Numbered from the whole stretch's first letter, positions 13,279 through 24,731 are shown. The stretch is DNA of 63,023 bases, filler included, from Collodictyon triciliatum (GCA_043381765.1; 23 parts of 23 records of this genome joined end to end with filler, not necessarily neighbours in it); one strand, 5' to 3'. Notes: generated by a model not told the origin, from the letters alone. Program-made: numbers and translations.

Positions 13279-13806
13279 GTTTTGAGTTTAGTGGAAACCT
13301 GAAAGAGAAAAGGGTTCTTAGACTTGGCCACGGTTCGATTTTCCGGTGGCGGGCTAAGTAGGCTTGCAACGTGCGAATTGGAAGTGTCTTTTGTTTAATC
13401 TTAATTTTTTCGTCGTGTTTATTATTGGTTTTGCTCTTCTATTTTCCTTTTTTTTTTCTTTTTTCTTTTTTCTTTTTTTCTTTTTTTCTTTTTTTCTTTT
13501 TTTTTCTCTCTTTTCTTTTTCTTTTTTCTCTTTTTTCTTTTTTCTCTTTTTTTTCTTTTTTCTCTTTCTCTTTCTTTTTCTTTTTCTTTTTTCTTTTTCT
13601 TTTTTCTTTTTTTCTTTTCTTTTTCTTTTTTCTTCTCTTACCTNNNNNNNNNNNNNNNNNNNNNNNNNNNNNNNNNNNNNNNNNNNNTTAATTAATTAAN
13701 NNNNNNNNNNNNNNNNNNNNNNNNNNNNNNNNNNNNNNNNNNNATCATTATCATTATCATTATCATTATCATTATCATTATCATTATCATTATCATTATC
13801 ATTATC

Positions 13807-13841
<35 letters not shown>

Positions 13842-13956
13842 GGATACTGGTAACCACGGCTTTTATTTTCTCCTGTTCTTGCCGATGCGACAATAAAACA
13901 CATTTTTGGCTCTTTTTTTTTTTTTTTAAAAAAAAAATGGCGATTTTCTTTCATAG

Positions 13957-15630
13957 ATATCTGAGTCTCTAAGTCCCTCTCAAAAGAGCCAATTGCTAAA
14001 GAAGTTATCCCAGGTTTTTTTTCATCAATTCATGAGATTATTTCAAATATGATGTGTTCTTAAAATATCTCGACCTTTGGGTTTGATTTGATTTGTGATC
14101 TATTTCACATATATCAAGAAAAACAGTCCTCAATATACTCAAGTATATTGCATATCGCTTTCGTCCGTTCTAATCCACCACAGAAATCTTCCTCTCATCA
14201 AACTTTGCTGTGGAAACAAAGTGTCTTGAAAAAATTTGATAGAAAACTGCTGAAGTCGTTGGTAAGAAATCCAATGTTGGGGTTTGTGCAGTTTAGAAAG
14301 ACTATCCAGTTGTTTTTTCGGATTGACGATGGGGTAGAATACATGAGGAAGGTTATATTTATGCTTTTTCTTCTGCTATTCGACATTTATAACATTCCAA
14401 ATCTAAAATATTCATATATGTCCTTTGGCAAACGTTTGAATATATATACGTACGATTTTAGATATTAATGGGTGTAATCGAAATCTTAGGTTCTGTCGTC
14501 TCTTGTTTCGAAAAGCGCAGAGACAAAAATACAGTCACTAACTATCCAACATACATTTACACACATCAAAAATCCATTTGACAATATTAACGGTTGGGTT
14601 CTTTTTAAATTTCTTTTTTTCTTTTCTTGATTTTTTGAACAAAGAACACCATCTCATCCATTTCTGTTGAATTTTTGCAAGATTCTTGTTATGAAATTGT
14701 TTGTGTGATTTTTCGAAAATGTTATCGAGTAGTCCAGTATTCATGAAAATCATGCATATAACGAAAGGTCGCGGAAGAAATACTCATCATATAATCTCTC
14801 GGCTAGGAACGGTATCCTTCACTCGCATTTTTCAATCAAGAGTATTGAGGGATAAAATGAGGTCTTTATTTGAGCAAGGTGGCCCAAGTGGTGCTGAATG
14901 GACGGAGCTTTGGTCAAATATACAGATGTTTTGCCTGGCTAGCAACGAATGCATGGTACAGTAATGGTTCTGAAAGCACGCTGAATCGAATGAGCGCTAC
15001 TTTTACAGGTGGATTCTCAGTTGCTTCCAAACCGATGTAGGAGACCTTGCTTTTGACTCTTTGCATTCTGCAGCCAGAGGAGGATTCCGAGTCGAAGAAA
15101 AGCAGGTCAGATCAACACAATCTTTGCAACCAAACGCTGGTTCGCATGATATTGGAATGGCCAGACCATGCCTTGGAGAGGTTATGGTCTCAACCCCCGT
15201 CTCTTCTCAATATTATATGTGACGAGCATTTGATATTTGCCGTTAAATATGCAGATTACTTGTGTGCTTCCATCAGAGTATGGTATTTTCATAAGATATA
15301 CACATTGGATGATATTCCCTTATATCAATCCTACCCTTAAAATATGTTTGGAGACATATACAATTCGTGTTTCTAGGTAACGAATCATACTGAAATATGG
15401 ATTGAATGCAGAAAATCGCTGTAGAGAATAGCATCTTATCTGAAGAGCACAGAGTCATTCTGCAACCCATTATACTGCGCCTGTTTTCATTGGGCCACAA
15501 AAGTGAGCGCCTCAAAGAATTGACAGACGCTTTCGCAAAAGTCACGCTTCAAAGTCTGCACGTATTATCACGACCATTTGTGTGTGAGCTCATGGAGTTG
15601 TTATCAAAGGACGAACAAAAGGTTGTATGA
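13957..15630 (+). CDS. Helical multi-exon protein, 5' partial; tentative FANCF-like
   Basis: Exons include KLLKSLVRNPML, LWSQPPSLLNIICDEHLIFAVKYADYL and ILRLFSLGHKSERLKE...FVCELMELL-TGA, weakly resembling FANCF segments. Exon boundaries are only partly resolved. Confidence 0.4.
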
Positions 15631-15930
15631 AAAAAAAAAAAAAAAGAGGGGAAAAAAAGCAACTGCTTAGACTGGTCTGACGTTGTTTTATTTCTTTAAT
15701 TCTATAAACTAGATGCAGGTACGTGAAAATAAATCGACCGCAGACTTAACATAGCAGAATGACTTTTTGATGTTATCATATTTGTTTATATGTATATTGA
15801 TATTAGGCCTTCCCATTACATGCTCAATAGATATAATGATAGTAAATGAGCGAAAAACAAAAGATGAAAAGCAAAGAGAAGGTATATTACATCTGAAAAA
15901 ATTGCGGGATTATTCATATTTGATTGCATT

Positions 15931-16191
15931 TTATATCTCTCCTATTTTCGAATGTGGTTTATTTATACGAGGCCGGGGGCGAAACTTCTTACTTATTGGA
16001 GTTAAATCCATGCCGTGTAATATTGGCTCATAGTTGTTATAACTCATCAAACAGGTGCGTTTGTGTGTGGTTTGGGAATCCGACTTTGTTGGGTCTTGCT
16101 GCAGTGTAAAATGAGGGTTGCTCATTTCTTTGGTAGTTGTGGGGTGACTGTGCCGGGATATGCTCCATTTGGTGTTGCTGTATAGAATCAT
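15931..16191 (-). CDS. Probable terminal exon of a hypothetical protein
   Basis: 86-codon hydrophilic open frame convergent on the preceding gene; no recognised motif. Confidence 0.25.
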   Translation of the reverse strand: MILYSNTKWSISRHSHPTTTKEMSNPHFTLQQDPTKSDSQTTHKRTCLMSYNNYEPILHGMDLTPISKKFRPRPRINKPHSKIGEI

Positions 16192-16490
16192 TTCAAAAGA
16201 AGGTCGAACAAAAAAGTAAAAAGTAAAAAGTAAAAAGTAAAAAGTAAAAAGTAAAAAGTAAAAAGTAAAAAGTAAAAAGTAAAAAGTAAAAAGAGAAAAA
16301 AAGAAAAAAAGAAAAAAAGAAAAAAAGAAAAAAAGAAAAAAAGAAAAAAAGAAAAAAAGAAAAAAAGAAAAAAAGAAAAAAAGAAAAAAANNNNNNNNNN
16401 NNNNNNNNNNNNNNNNNNNNNNNNNNNNNNNNNNTTAATTAATTAANNNNNNNNNNNNNNNNNNNNNNNNNNNNNNNNNNNNNNNNNNNN

Positions 16491-16585
16491 TTTGTTTGTT
16501 TGTTTGTTTGTTTGTTTGTTTGTTTGTTTGTTTGTTTGTTTGTTTGTTTGTTTGTTTGTTTGTTTGTTTGTTTGTTTGTTTGTTT
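16491..16585. repeat. (TTTG)n microsatellite abutting the Fanzor-like sequence
   Basis: Direct reading. Confidence 0.95.
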
Positions 16586-18236
16586 TTGTACGCTTTAAAG
16601 ACAGTCAGAGGAGTTTCTTAACATAGACACGCAAGATTAAAAAAAAAATCCAGGTTTGAGTGAAGACCTAATGACTTTTTATCTCAATGATTTTCGATTA
16701 CTTTTGTCCCGAGGAGAGCGCTTTCCGTTGGTTATACTGTCTCATCTATTACTGTACTTGGCGGAGCAAATGTTAACAGCTTATCATAATAACATTAAAG
16801 AACATTCTGTAAAGAGGTTATCGTGCTTTATAAATCAAACAGTACCTAAAGATGAGAATATTACGAAAGCTATTAAAATGCCAGAGTCACGAAAGTTAAA
16901 AAAGCTATCTTCAAGAAACTCGAAATACTGAACACTACGAAGAATGGGCTAAAATACATTTGCATCATATCATTCCCAGCGATATTGTAAATGGTATCGA
17001 ATATGACGGCAAAGTCAATCCAAATAAGTACATTCCATGTCTGATTTACACGAATCGCATTTTTGAGGCCATCAAACCCAAACTGTTTCAACCAATCTCT
17101 ATAAGAACTAACAATATACCATGTCATATTAGTCTAGATACTGCATGTTTAATAGAGGTATTAGTATTATCCGGAAAAACATCATTGATGAAGAATATAT
17201 CAGGATTTGAAGATACCCTATATGATTTCTTTGAAATTAAGAAGAGGGTCTTTCATCAAAGAGACTACAATTTTCAAAATATGATACAAACAGACGGCTT
17301 GGCGGCGTCATTATTGTTTGAAAAGAAAGGTATTTCAAGTTCAAAACCCCAAGATTATGTTTATATAGATGAACTTTCCGAAGAGCAATTATCTTTATTA
17401 GCGACAAAAAAAAAAAAAAAGTCGGAGTGGACGCAGGCAAGTTTAATTTGGTTTAAATGGTGGATGGGACAGGTAAGAAATTACGTTACACGATACACCA
17501 AACAAGACATGATAGCAAATCTCTTTAAAAATCACAAAATACTCTTGCGCGAAAAAAAAAGTACAATGCTCCAGGGATAAGCATGGAAACAGTTTACAAA
17601 GTGTTGTTTCTTTTGTTTCCATGACTTTTGAAGAGAATCAGCAGTTTAAGACATCAAGAGCATCTTTAATCGATTTAGAGACAGAACTGAGTAAACATAA
17701 TTCATGAACGGTCGATTATGAAAAAAAAATCGAAAATATGTATCTATGAAATCAAGATACCAGATAGAATTTTCCGGATTTTATGAACACGTAACTTTTC
17801 GAAAGATGAGATGGAGACATTATGCTAATACAAAAAGAAGTGAACTATTGCGTACGGACAGAATCGAAAAGGCATTTGGCAAGGATGTTGTACTAGCGTA
17901 TGGAGACAGGAGCAGAGAATGTTAGATGAAACATTTTATGGCAACAATCGGAAGAGGATTACGAAAAAAAAAATACTATCCAAACGGTTTGAAACAGTTA
18001 GTGTAGATGAATTTAGAACCTCCAAAATGAGTTGCAACTGCGAAAAAGAACTGGAATATATGACACCGAATGGAAAGTTCAAAAAAGGCGTATAGATGCC
18101 TCATATGTAAATAATACAATCGCCCAGAAAGCAAACAAAGTGTATTCTTGACAAGGGACTTAAACAGCGCTAATAATGCGCTTAACACAGTTCTTTCAAT
18201 CCTTCAAAAAACTCGTACACCTTCCTTTAAAAAAAC
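16583..18236 (+). pseudogene. Fanzor1-type (TnpB-derived, RuvC) RNA-guided endonuclease, degraded, N-terminus off contig
   Basis: Collinear motifs across frames: LLYLAEQMLTAYHNNIKEH, KLFQPISIRTNNIPCHISLDTACLI, MIQTDG, RuvC-I VGVDAG (D 17430-17432), KLRYT, ETELSKHNS*TVDYEK, FRKMRW, LAYGD, RuvC-II VDEFRTSK (E 18009-18011), Zn-finger remnants SCNC/CLICK*Y, RuvC-III TRDLNSA (D 18157-18159). Stops at 17454, 17705, 17923 and 18112, plus several frameshifts, mostly in A runs. Confidence 0.92.
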
Positions 18237-18361
18237 AGGCTGTCGGGTCTTTCCTGGCAGCCTACACCACTACACAATCTTTGTGAAAAAAGTGGTGAGA
18301 CCTTGGATACTAGCGCACCAGGTTTACCAATCGAAAGATTGGTATGCCTCTTCTAGTCTCA
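18237..18361 (+). ncRNA. Putative Fanzor omegaRNA scaffold / element right end
   Basis: Four consecutive hairpins: 18237-18263, 18265-18297, 18298-18325, and 18325-18344 (TACCAATC-GAAA-GATTGGTA). Loop ACTAG (18309-18313) complements CTAGT (18353-18357), giving a pseudoknot; AT-rich flank follows. Confidence 0.75.
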
Positions 18362-19002
18362 CATAAAAGTATCAAAAAATCTATATATATATAAACAAAA
18401 AAGAAAATTAGACTTTATTGATATGAATTACTGCCACACCTGAAAGATGATTTTGCTTGGCGTGTCAAATAAATATGGATAGAATTTTCAATTCATTATT
18501 CGTTGATTTTTTTTTTATTTACTAATCATTATGATTTCGCTGTTTGAGTGAAATCTGCTGCTAGGGACCGAAGATGATGTATCCATGCTCTTCTCTCTCC
18601 ATTCGTCCGAGTCTGTGCGAAAGTGTTGTACTCATAAATTACTGTTTTACAAATTTCTACGAATTTTTTATCAAAAAATTATGGGATTCACATCAACGCT
18701 TAGTTAGTATAATAATTATATTAATTATGAAATTATTAACATTAATGAATGTGGTGGGCAAATAGAAAAGCCCACCTTCAGAATATATTTTGTCCAACCC
18801 ACTGACAGTAAAATTCCATACGAGTCATCGTCTGTGTTACACTCGCACACCTGTTTAACAAGTTAATGGATTATTATCAATTTAGTTGCTCACACACCGT
18901 GGAGCAGGACACATAATTCAGAATAAAAAAGAATAAAAAAGAATAAAAAAGAATAAAAAAGAATAAAAAAGAATAAAAAAGAATAAAAAAGAAAAAAAAA
19001 AG

Positions 19003-19057
<55 letters not shown>

Positions 19058-19237
19058 AAAAAAAAAGAATAAAAAAAGAATAAAAAAAGAATAAAAAAAG
19101 AATAAAAAAGAATAAAAAAAGAATAAAAAAAGAATAANNNNNNNNNNNNNNNNNNNNNNNNNNNNNNNNNNNNNNNNNNNNTTAATTAATTAANNNNNNN
19201 NNNNNNNNNNNNNNNNNNNNNNNNNNNNNNNNNNNNN

Positions 19238-19905
19238 CACAGCCTCTTTTTCGTCACAGATCCACACAAAAGCTCCACTGTGAGTCATACTACAGCGAGG
19301 GAGTCGCTCTGTCGGTTCATTCTCGTGCGTATCCAAGAAGCGTGCCCCTTCTCTAACAGCCCGTATATCGCATGTTTATGGAGTCGCTGAGCGTGCGACA
19401 AAAAAAAAACACCTCAGGTTCACTGCTGGAGGCTGCCGCCACAAGCGAAGCACAGCGCCCACGCTTCTCAAAGTGCTCCGAGCATTTCGCCAGCGACAAG
19501 GTAGAACACAACAAAATAAAAAAAGGAACGCCTTGAAGCAAAAAAGACAAAGAAGCGATCACAAAGGGTTCTATTCTCTTCATCGAAACAAACAAACCAC
19601 GGACATAAAAGAAATAAAAAACAGTCTTGTGTGGAATATCTGCGTGCGGAGGCAAAAGAACAAGCTGTCCGCCTCCCAACCCTCCACTCCCACACAAACA
19701 CCCACCCTCCTTGCTCCGGCCGACCCTACACATGCCGCTCAACAAAAAGCACAGCAAGCGCTGACCCTCAAACATTGGGCACACTCCCCCAACACCCACG
19801 CAGCCCACCCAGACAGCGATCCTTTCCACCGCAACCAACGCCATCTCGCTCACACACTGGCACACAACTTGCGACGCTCTTCCAACAAAACACATTCATT
19901 ATATA
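19238..19905 (-). ncRNA. Candidate structured non-coding transcript (possibly rDNA 5' ETS)
   Basis: G/T-rich minus strand with several hairpins that need G-U pairs (e.g. GGAGGCGGA...TTTGCCTCC), preceded by AGTATATAATG; no convincing ORF. Confidence 0.3.
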
Positions 19906-21304
19906 CTGTCCGCTTATAGATAAAACTGCACCACAACAAAAAAATTATTTTATCCATCTTGGGTGTATGGAGCATTCGTCCTGTTCGGTCTAATTCCATG
20001 AATAGCGGTATCGTAGCGCTCCTGCTATCTTCACAGCATGGCGATCAAAACACACACAGATGCATCATGGCGTCCATACGATGCAGGGTAAACCCGCAGA
20101 TACATATCCTTCCAGCTTGTCTAATGCCTCGGAGTCCCATGTTTTGAAATATGTAATTATTATATTGTGGCATAATATTAATTAATATTGACTTCAAACA
20201 TCCTATTCTAATTCAATAATAAAAGTGATGTAGTCAAATAAACATTATTTTCAGTTCTATTCATTAAGCCCAAATATATTTCATCGTGCACCGAGTCAAT
20301 CGGGAAACTAAATTAAAAAACAGTTCCACCATATGGCAGCACGTAGCTGGCAAACTTTTTAATGAGCTTTGATGACATCAAATAAGTGCATGAAAAATCC
20401 ACACAAATGTGAGCCTTTGTACAGGTTCTTTCCGTTCAAATCCTCAATCCCAATATCACATGGCTCTCCAAAGTCGCAAGTTTGTCTCATAAAGACAATG
20501 ATACCTGATTCCTGAAATCAATGAGACAAAGGCACGTCAATACTTATATAATACAAAATATGATGTGTGCAATCAAATACAGGACTTATATTTACAGATA
20601 TATAGTGTATCAAGCTTCAGCAAAAGTGAAATATTGCATTTCTAATTTAGTAGTCATATCCAAATTATGCTGTGGATATTAACGGGATAACCATCTAATA
20701 GTTCTTTGTTTGCAATGGTTGTAAGATGATAAACTTAATCGGGATTAGGATTGTTTGACCATTTTCAAATTACATAGACATATGAGTTTAAAATATAATA
20801 TAATATTAACTTTATCTTTTCATTTCAATTTGTAATGAAATCAAGAGCACTGAGACAATTATTTGTTTCATTTTGAAATCAATGATATTAAAAAATTTTA
20901 AATGAAAGGTGTTTACTTAATGTATCGACCATCCTAAAAAATTTAATTTCTTGTGTACGTTTATTAATAATGTATTTTATGTCATCACCCTGCTCATTTT
21001 TATCATCTTGTTGAATAATGATTATGAGTATTGAATAGATATGTGAATCATACTAAAAAAATTTTGCACAACTTCAAATCATACCATTGAAAATCTATAT
21101 GAATCACAAAATGTCAAAAAATTATTGATACATAAGAATTATCATATTTACACATGAGAGAAAAGATAAAGTTAATATAAAAATAAAAAATAATTTTTTT
21201 AATGTCATCAAAATTTTCATAGAAATTAAATTTGAAAACAAGAATACTGAGATAAGAATAGTTCTTTTAACAAAAATATTATAACAAATAATAAGTGAAT
21301 ACTT

Positions 21305-21348
21305 TTTTTATTCTAAAAGTCTTAGCTGTTGAGCCCGTCTCAACAATC
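21305..21348 (-). mobile_element. Short retroposed insertion, family B (hairpin + AATAAA + oligo-A)
   Basis: Perfect 18-bp direct repeats AATAATAAGTGAATACTT at 21287-21304 and 21349-21366 flank GATTGTTGAGACGGGCTCAACAGCTAAGACTTTTAGAATAAAAA. Confidence 0.65.
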
Positions 21349-22128
21349 AATAATAAGTGAATACTTGATATTAAATTCGTTTCTTCACCACGATGAATGA
21401 TGTAAAAAACAGTACTGATTTCAATATCTTTTGATTGTAATAAAATTTTAATAATTAATGTACAAGATATTTTTGTTGAGATGATTAAATCAAGGAAAGG
21501 TACTCAAATTTATATATGAACATATAGGTTTCCAATATGGTCACTTCAGTGATTTAAAATAAATTATATCTTACTTTTAAGATTTGAAATGTTCAAAAAA
21601 TCATTAATTTTTCATTTTAGATAGCTAGATAGATTTAAATATAATAGAACGAAAGTATAAATAGTATAAAAATTAAATTATAAAAACTATCCTCTTCGAT
21701 CTCGGCTGGTTTAATTCAACCATCGATGGACTTCAGTGAGACCAGGCGCGAGGCTGGCGCCAGTCAGCCTCGTGCAGGGTCGAGCTTGCATCGGGAAACG
21801 GAACCTCCCGATCGATCATTCGTGGCTGACGTACCGCGATCAAAAAGTGCGATCGAGAACGAACTCTTCAAAGACGAAGACTGCTNNNNNNNNNNNNNNN
21901 NNNNNNNNNNNNNNNNNNNNNNNNNNNNNTTAATTAATTAANNNNNNNNNNNNNNNNNNNNNNNNNNNNNNNNNNNNNNNNNNNNAGAAAAAGAGAAAGA
22001 AAAAGAGAAAGAAAAAGAGAAAGAAAAAGAGAAAGAAAAAGAGAAAGAAAAAGAGAAAGAAAAAGAGAAAGAAAAAGAGAAAGAAAAAGAAAAGAGAAAA
22101 GAAATAGATGAACCGAATTGGTGCTCAC

Positions 22129-22812
22129 CGCAGTTTCTGTAGTCGTCGATGGAATCGAGGCTGCTGCCGATGCTGCATGCGACATACTTGGCGTCGCTGC
22201 GGAAGCAAGTATAGATTTTATTCCTGAACTGACTGTCCTTGGTAGAATCGCATTTGGCGGTATTATCTGACTGGCATTTTGCAGTTCATCATCCTCAGCC
22301 GGGTCCTCTAGAAGAATACTCTTCGGCGCAACTTGTGCAGCGGGCTCCGCATTGTTTTTTGCAATCTGAGCAGATATACATATACATTATAGAGTGGATA
22401 TTACAATAAATCGAACACTTTTTCTATCCTTTATTCGATTGAAAGTGCAAACAAAATATATTTACATATATTTGTGGTGACAAAATTGTGCGGTGATACT
22501 AAATGGACAAGAAGGTATGTGTCAAGAAGAGTAGTTACTTTGAAGGATATCTTTGCTGGTGCAGAGTCGTTTGTCGGAGTCTGAAGCTCTGGGCCTGGCT
22601 GCTTCGAAGGAATCCACATTTCCTTGCTCTTTTGTGACCACTGTTCGATCACCTTCATGGTCTTTCAAATGAAGGAAAGTAGTGAAGATGAAAGTCGAAA
22701 GTATGCGAAAGAAAACGAAAGAAAAATTAAATAGAAATTATAAATAGAAAAAAAGTAGTAGAAAGTAAAAAAACAAAAAAAGTAAAAAACCAAAAAGTAA
22801 ATACCTAAAGCA

Positions 22813-22911
<99 letters not shown>

Positions 22912-24497
22912 CAGAATCAGAAACAGAAAATGGAGATGTGGATTAGAATACTACTGGATATGAAACGATTATATTGATTTTGTTTTACTTTACCTTTTTT
23001 TCGTTTATTGTAAGACCCGATTTCTTTTTCGATATGTGCTCAGATTCATGGCGCTCTACATATTTGAATGAGAGTGGTTAAACTGGTTAACCAAGTTCGT
23101 ATGAAATAATGAAATCCAGTTTCTTTGTGTTTTCCATATTCCCAAATCTAATATAGCAATTTTAATTGAAGAAAACATGGATTACCCATATCTTTGTGTT
23201 GCTCGTGATAGGTCATATGTGCTTCTGTGGTCTTTGGGTATTCTGAATAGGACATCTCTTGTCGGACTGGGTCGTCATTCGCAGGTGTGGCTTCTGTGAA
23301 GTTTGTTGCGAGCGGTAAATCATATTCGCCGGGTCGATTCTTCTCTGCAATTGTCTCATCATCTGGGTTGGCCTCAGCAGGAGCTGCTTTTGCGGCCGCT
23401 TCGTCGTTTATCGCATTTCCTTGGGCTGCATCAGTTACCTGCTGCGATGAACTACAAGAATTTTCCCCGGTTACCACAATCACTGGCATAAAAAATAAAT
23501 CTCAACTTTGGATATGTTTTTAACAGCAGGCTCGAAGATTTGGCATTCATACATCGGAATATATATATATAATATTAATAAATTGTTTACTCATTTCCAC
23601 CAGTGTAGGGAAGATAACTCTGCTGCGCCTCATCATAATAAAAGTAAGACTGTGTCGAGTATTGGTAATAAAGCCCGTATTCAGCCATCCATATCCAATC
23701 CGATGTTTGCTGGTCTATACGCAAACTTATTACTTGTTTGTTCGAATATAACAGCAAATGATTGTTTTCTTTGGGCTACCACTACTGGATGTGTCTTCTT
23801 GTCTGTTGAAGCTATAATTCATGCACATGGACGCAGCGATGGCATCAGAGGCGGCACTGTTTTGCTTCGTGCCCTAACAGTTCATGTGGTATTTATTAGA
23901 GTAATAAGAAGATTCGTTTTGTGAAGCGACATGGCCAGAAAAAAAAACCGATTGGAAAGCTTTTGTTACTTGACTTTGTCCGCCACGAGCAAACTCAACC
24001 CGTGGATGGGTTCCAAGAATCGTAATTTCGTGGTTGTGACGAAATACATGCATAGAATCCTTGATTTTCATTCATAAATAATGTCAACATCAAACTATAT
24101 TAGCAAATAGAATGATTTATTGCAATACCACAGTGCAATTTTCTTTTATTTCTTAGAAATAATGATTGTAAAGTAAAACAAAAACAAGTAAAAAAATGAA
24201 ATGTCAAACAAAAACCTCCAAGGTCGAGAAGTCAAGAAAAGCAAATTCTCGAGACTGGTTCGTGTGTCTATCCTTGATTATCTTTACTTGGAACCGACTG
24301 CAAAGTGGCAAAATAGAAGTATGTATCTGTGAAATGCGCAGGTAAAAAAATAGTAAGTCTTGTTGCAATCCTGACATTAAGATTTAATATAAGATCACAT
24401 ACTTTCGAAACTTAAAAATAATAGAGCATACATCTTGCTCTTTCACGTTTGGAGGAAGGCCGTACAATATTAATGACATGGTAGGATTTGATGGTTC
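22129..24497 (-). CDS. RBM5: RBM5/RBM10-like splicing factor (RRM + OCRE), internal fragment
   Basis: RRM exons SLILYGLPPNVKEQD|...KIIKDRHTNQSREFAFLDFSTLE|...PRVEFARG; AASDAIAAS; aromatic OCRE exon DWIWMAEYGLYYQYSTQSYFYYDEAQQSYLPY; MKVIEQWSQKSKE. Confidence 0.75.
22419..22448 (-). mobile_element. Degenerate family A insertion in an intron
   Basis: Reverse complement GCACTTTCAATCGAATAAAGGATAGAAAAA; no clear target-site duplication. Confidence 0.5.
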
Positions 24498-24548
24498 CTG
24501 TGTTTGTTGTCATATATAAAACCCAGAAATTAAATCCTCTTAATTTCC

Positions 24549-24588
<40 letters not shown>

Positions 24589-24731
24589 CAAAACATTTTT
24601 ATATATGGAAAAATTAAAAAAAAAAAAAAAANNNNNNNNNNNNNNNNNNNNNNNNNNNNNNNNNNNNNNNNNNNNTTAATTAATTAANNNNNNNNNNNNN
24701 NNNNNNNNNNNNNNNNNNNNNNNNNNNNNNN

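Noticed and set aside
19960-20045. HDV-like ribozyme on the minus strand
   Set aside because: P1/P2-like pairings and CGAAT are present, but the L3 pyrimidine motif needed for P1.1 and a clear P4 are missing.
21690-21885. 3' end of LSU rRNA or SRP RNA
   Set aside because: Only short chance matches; conserved cores are absent and G-U pairing favours the opposite strand from the LSU reading.
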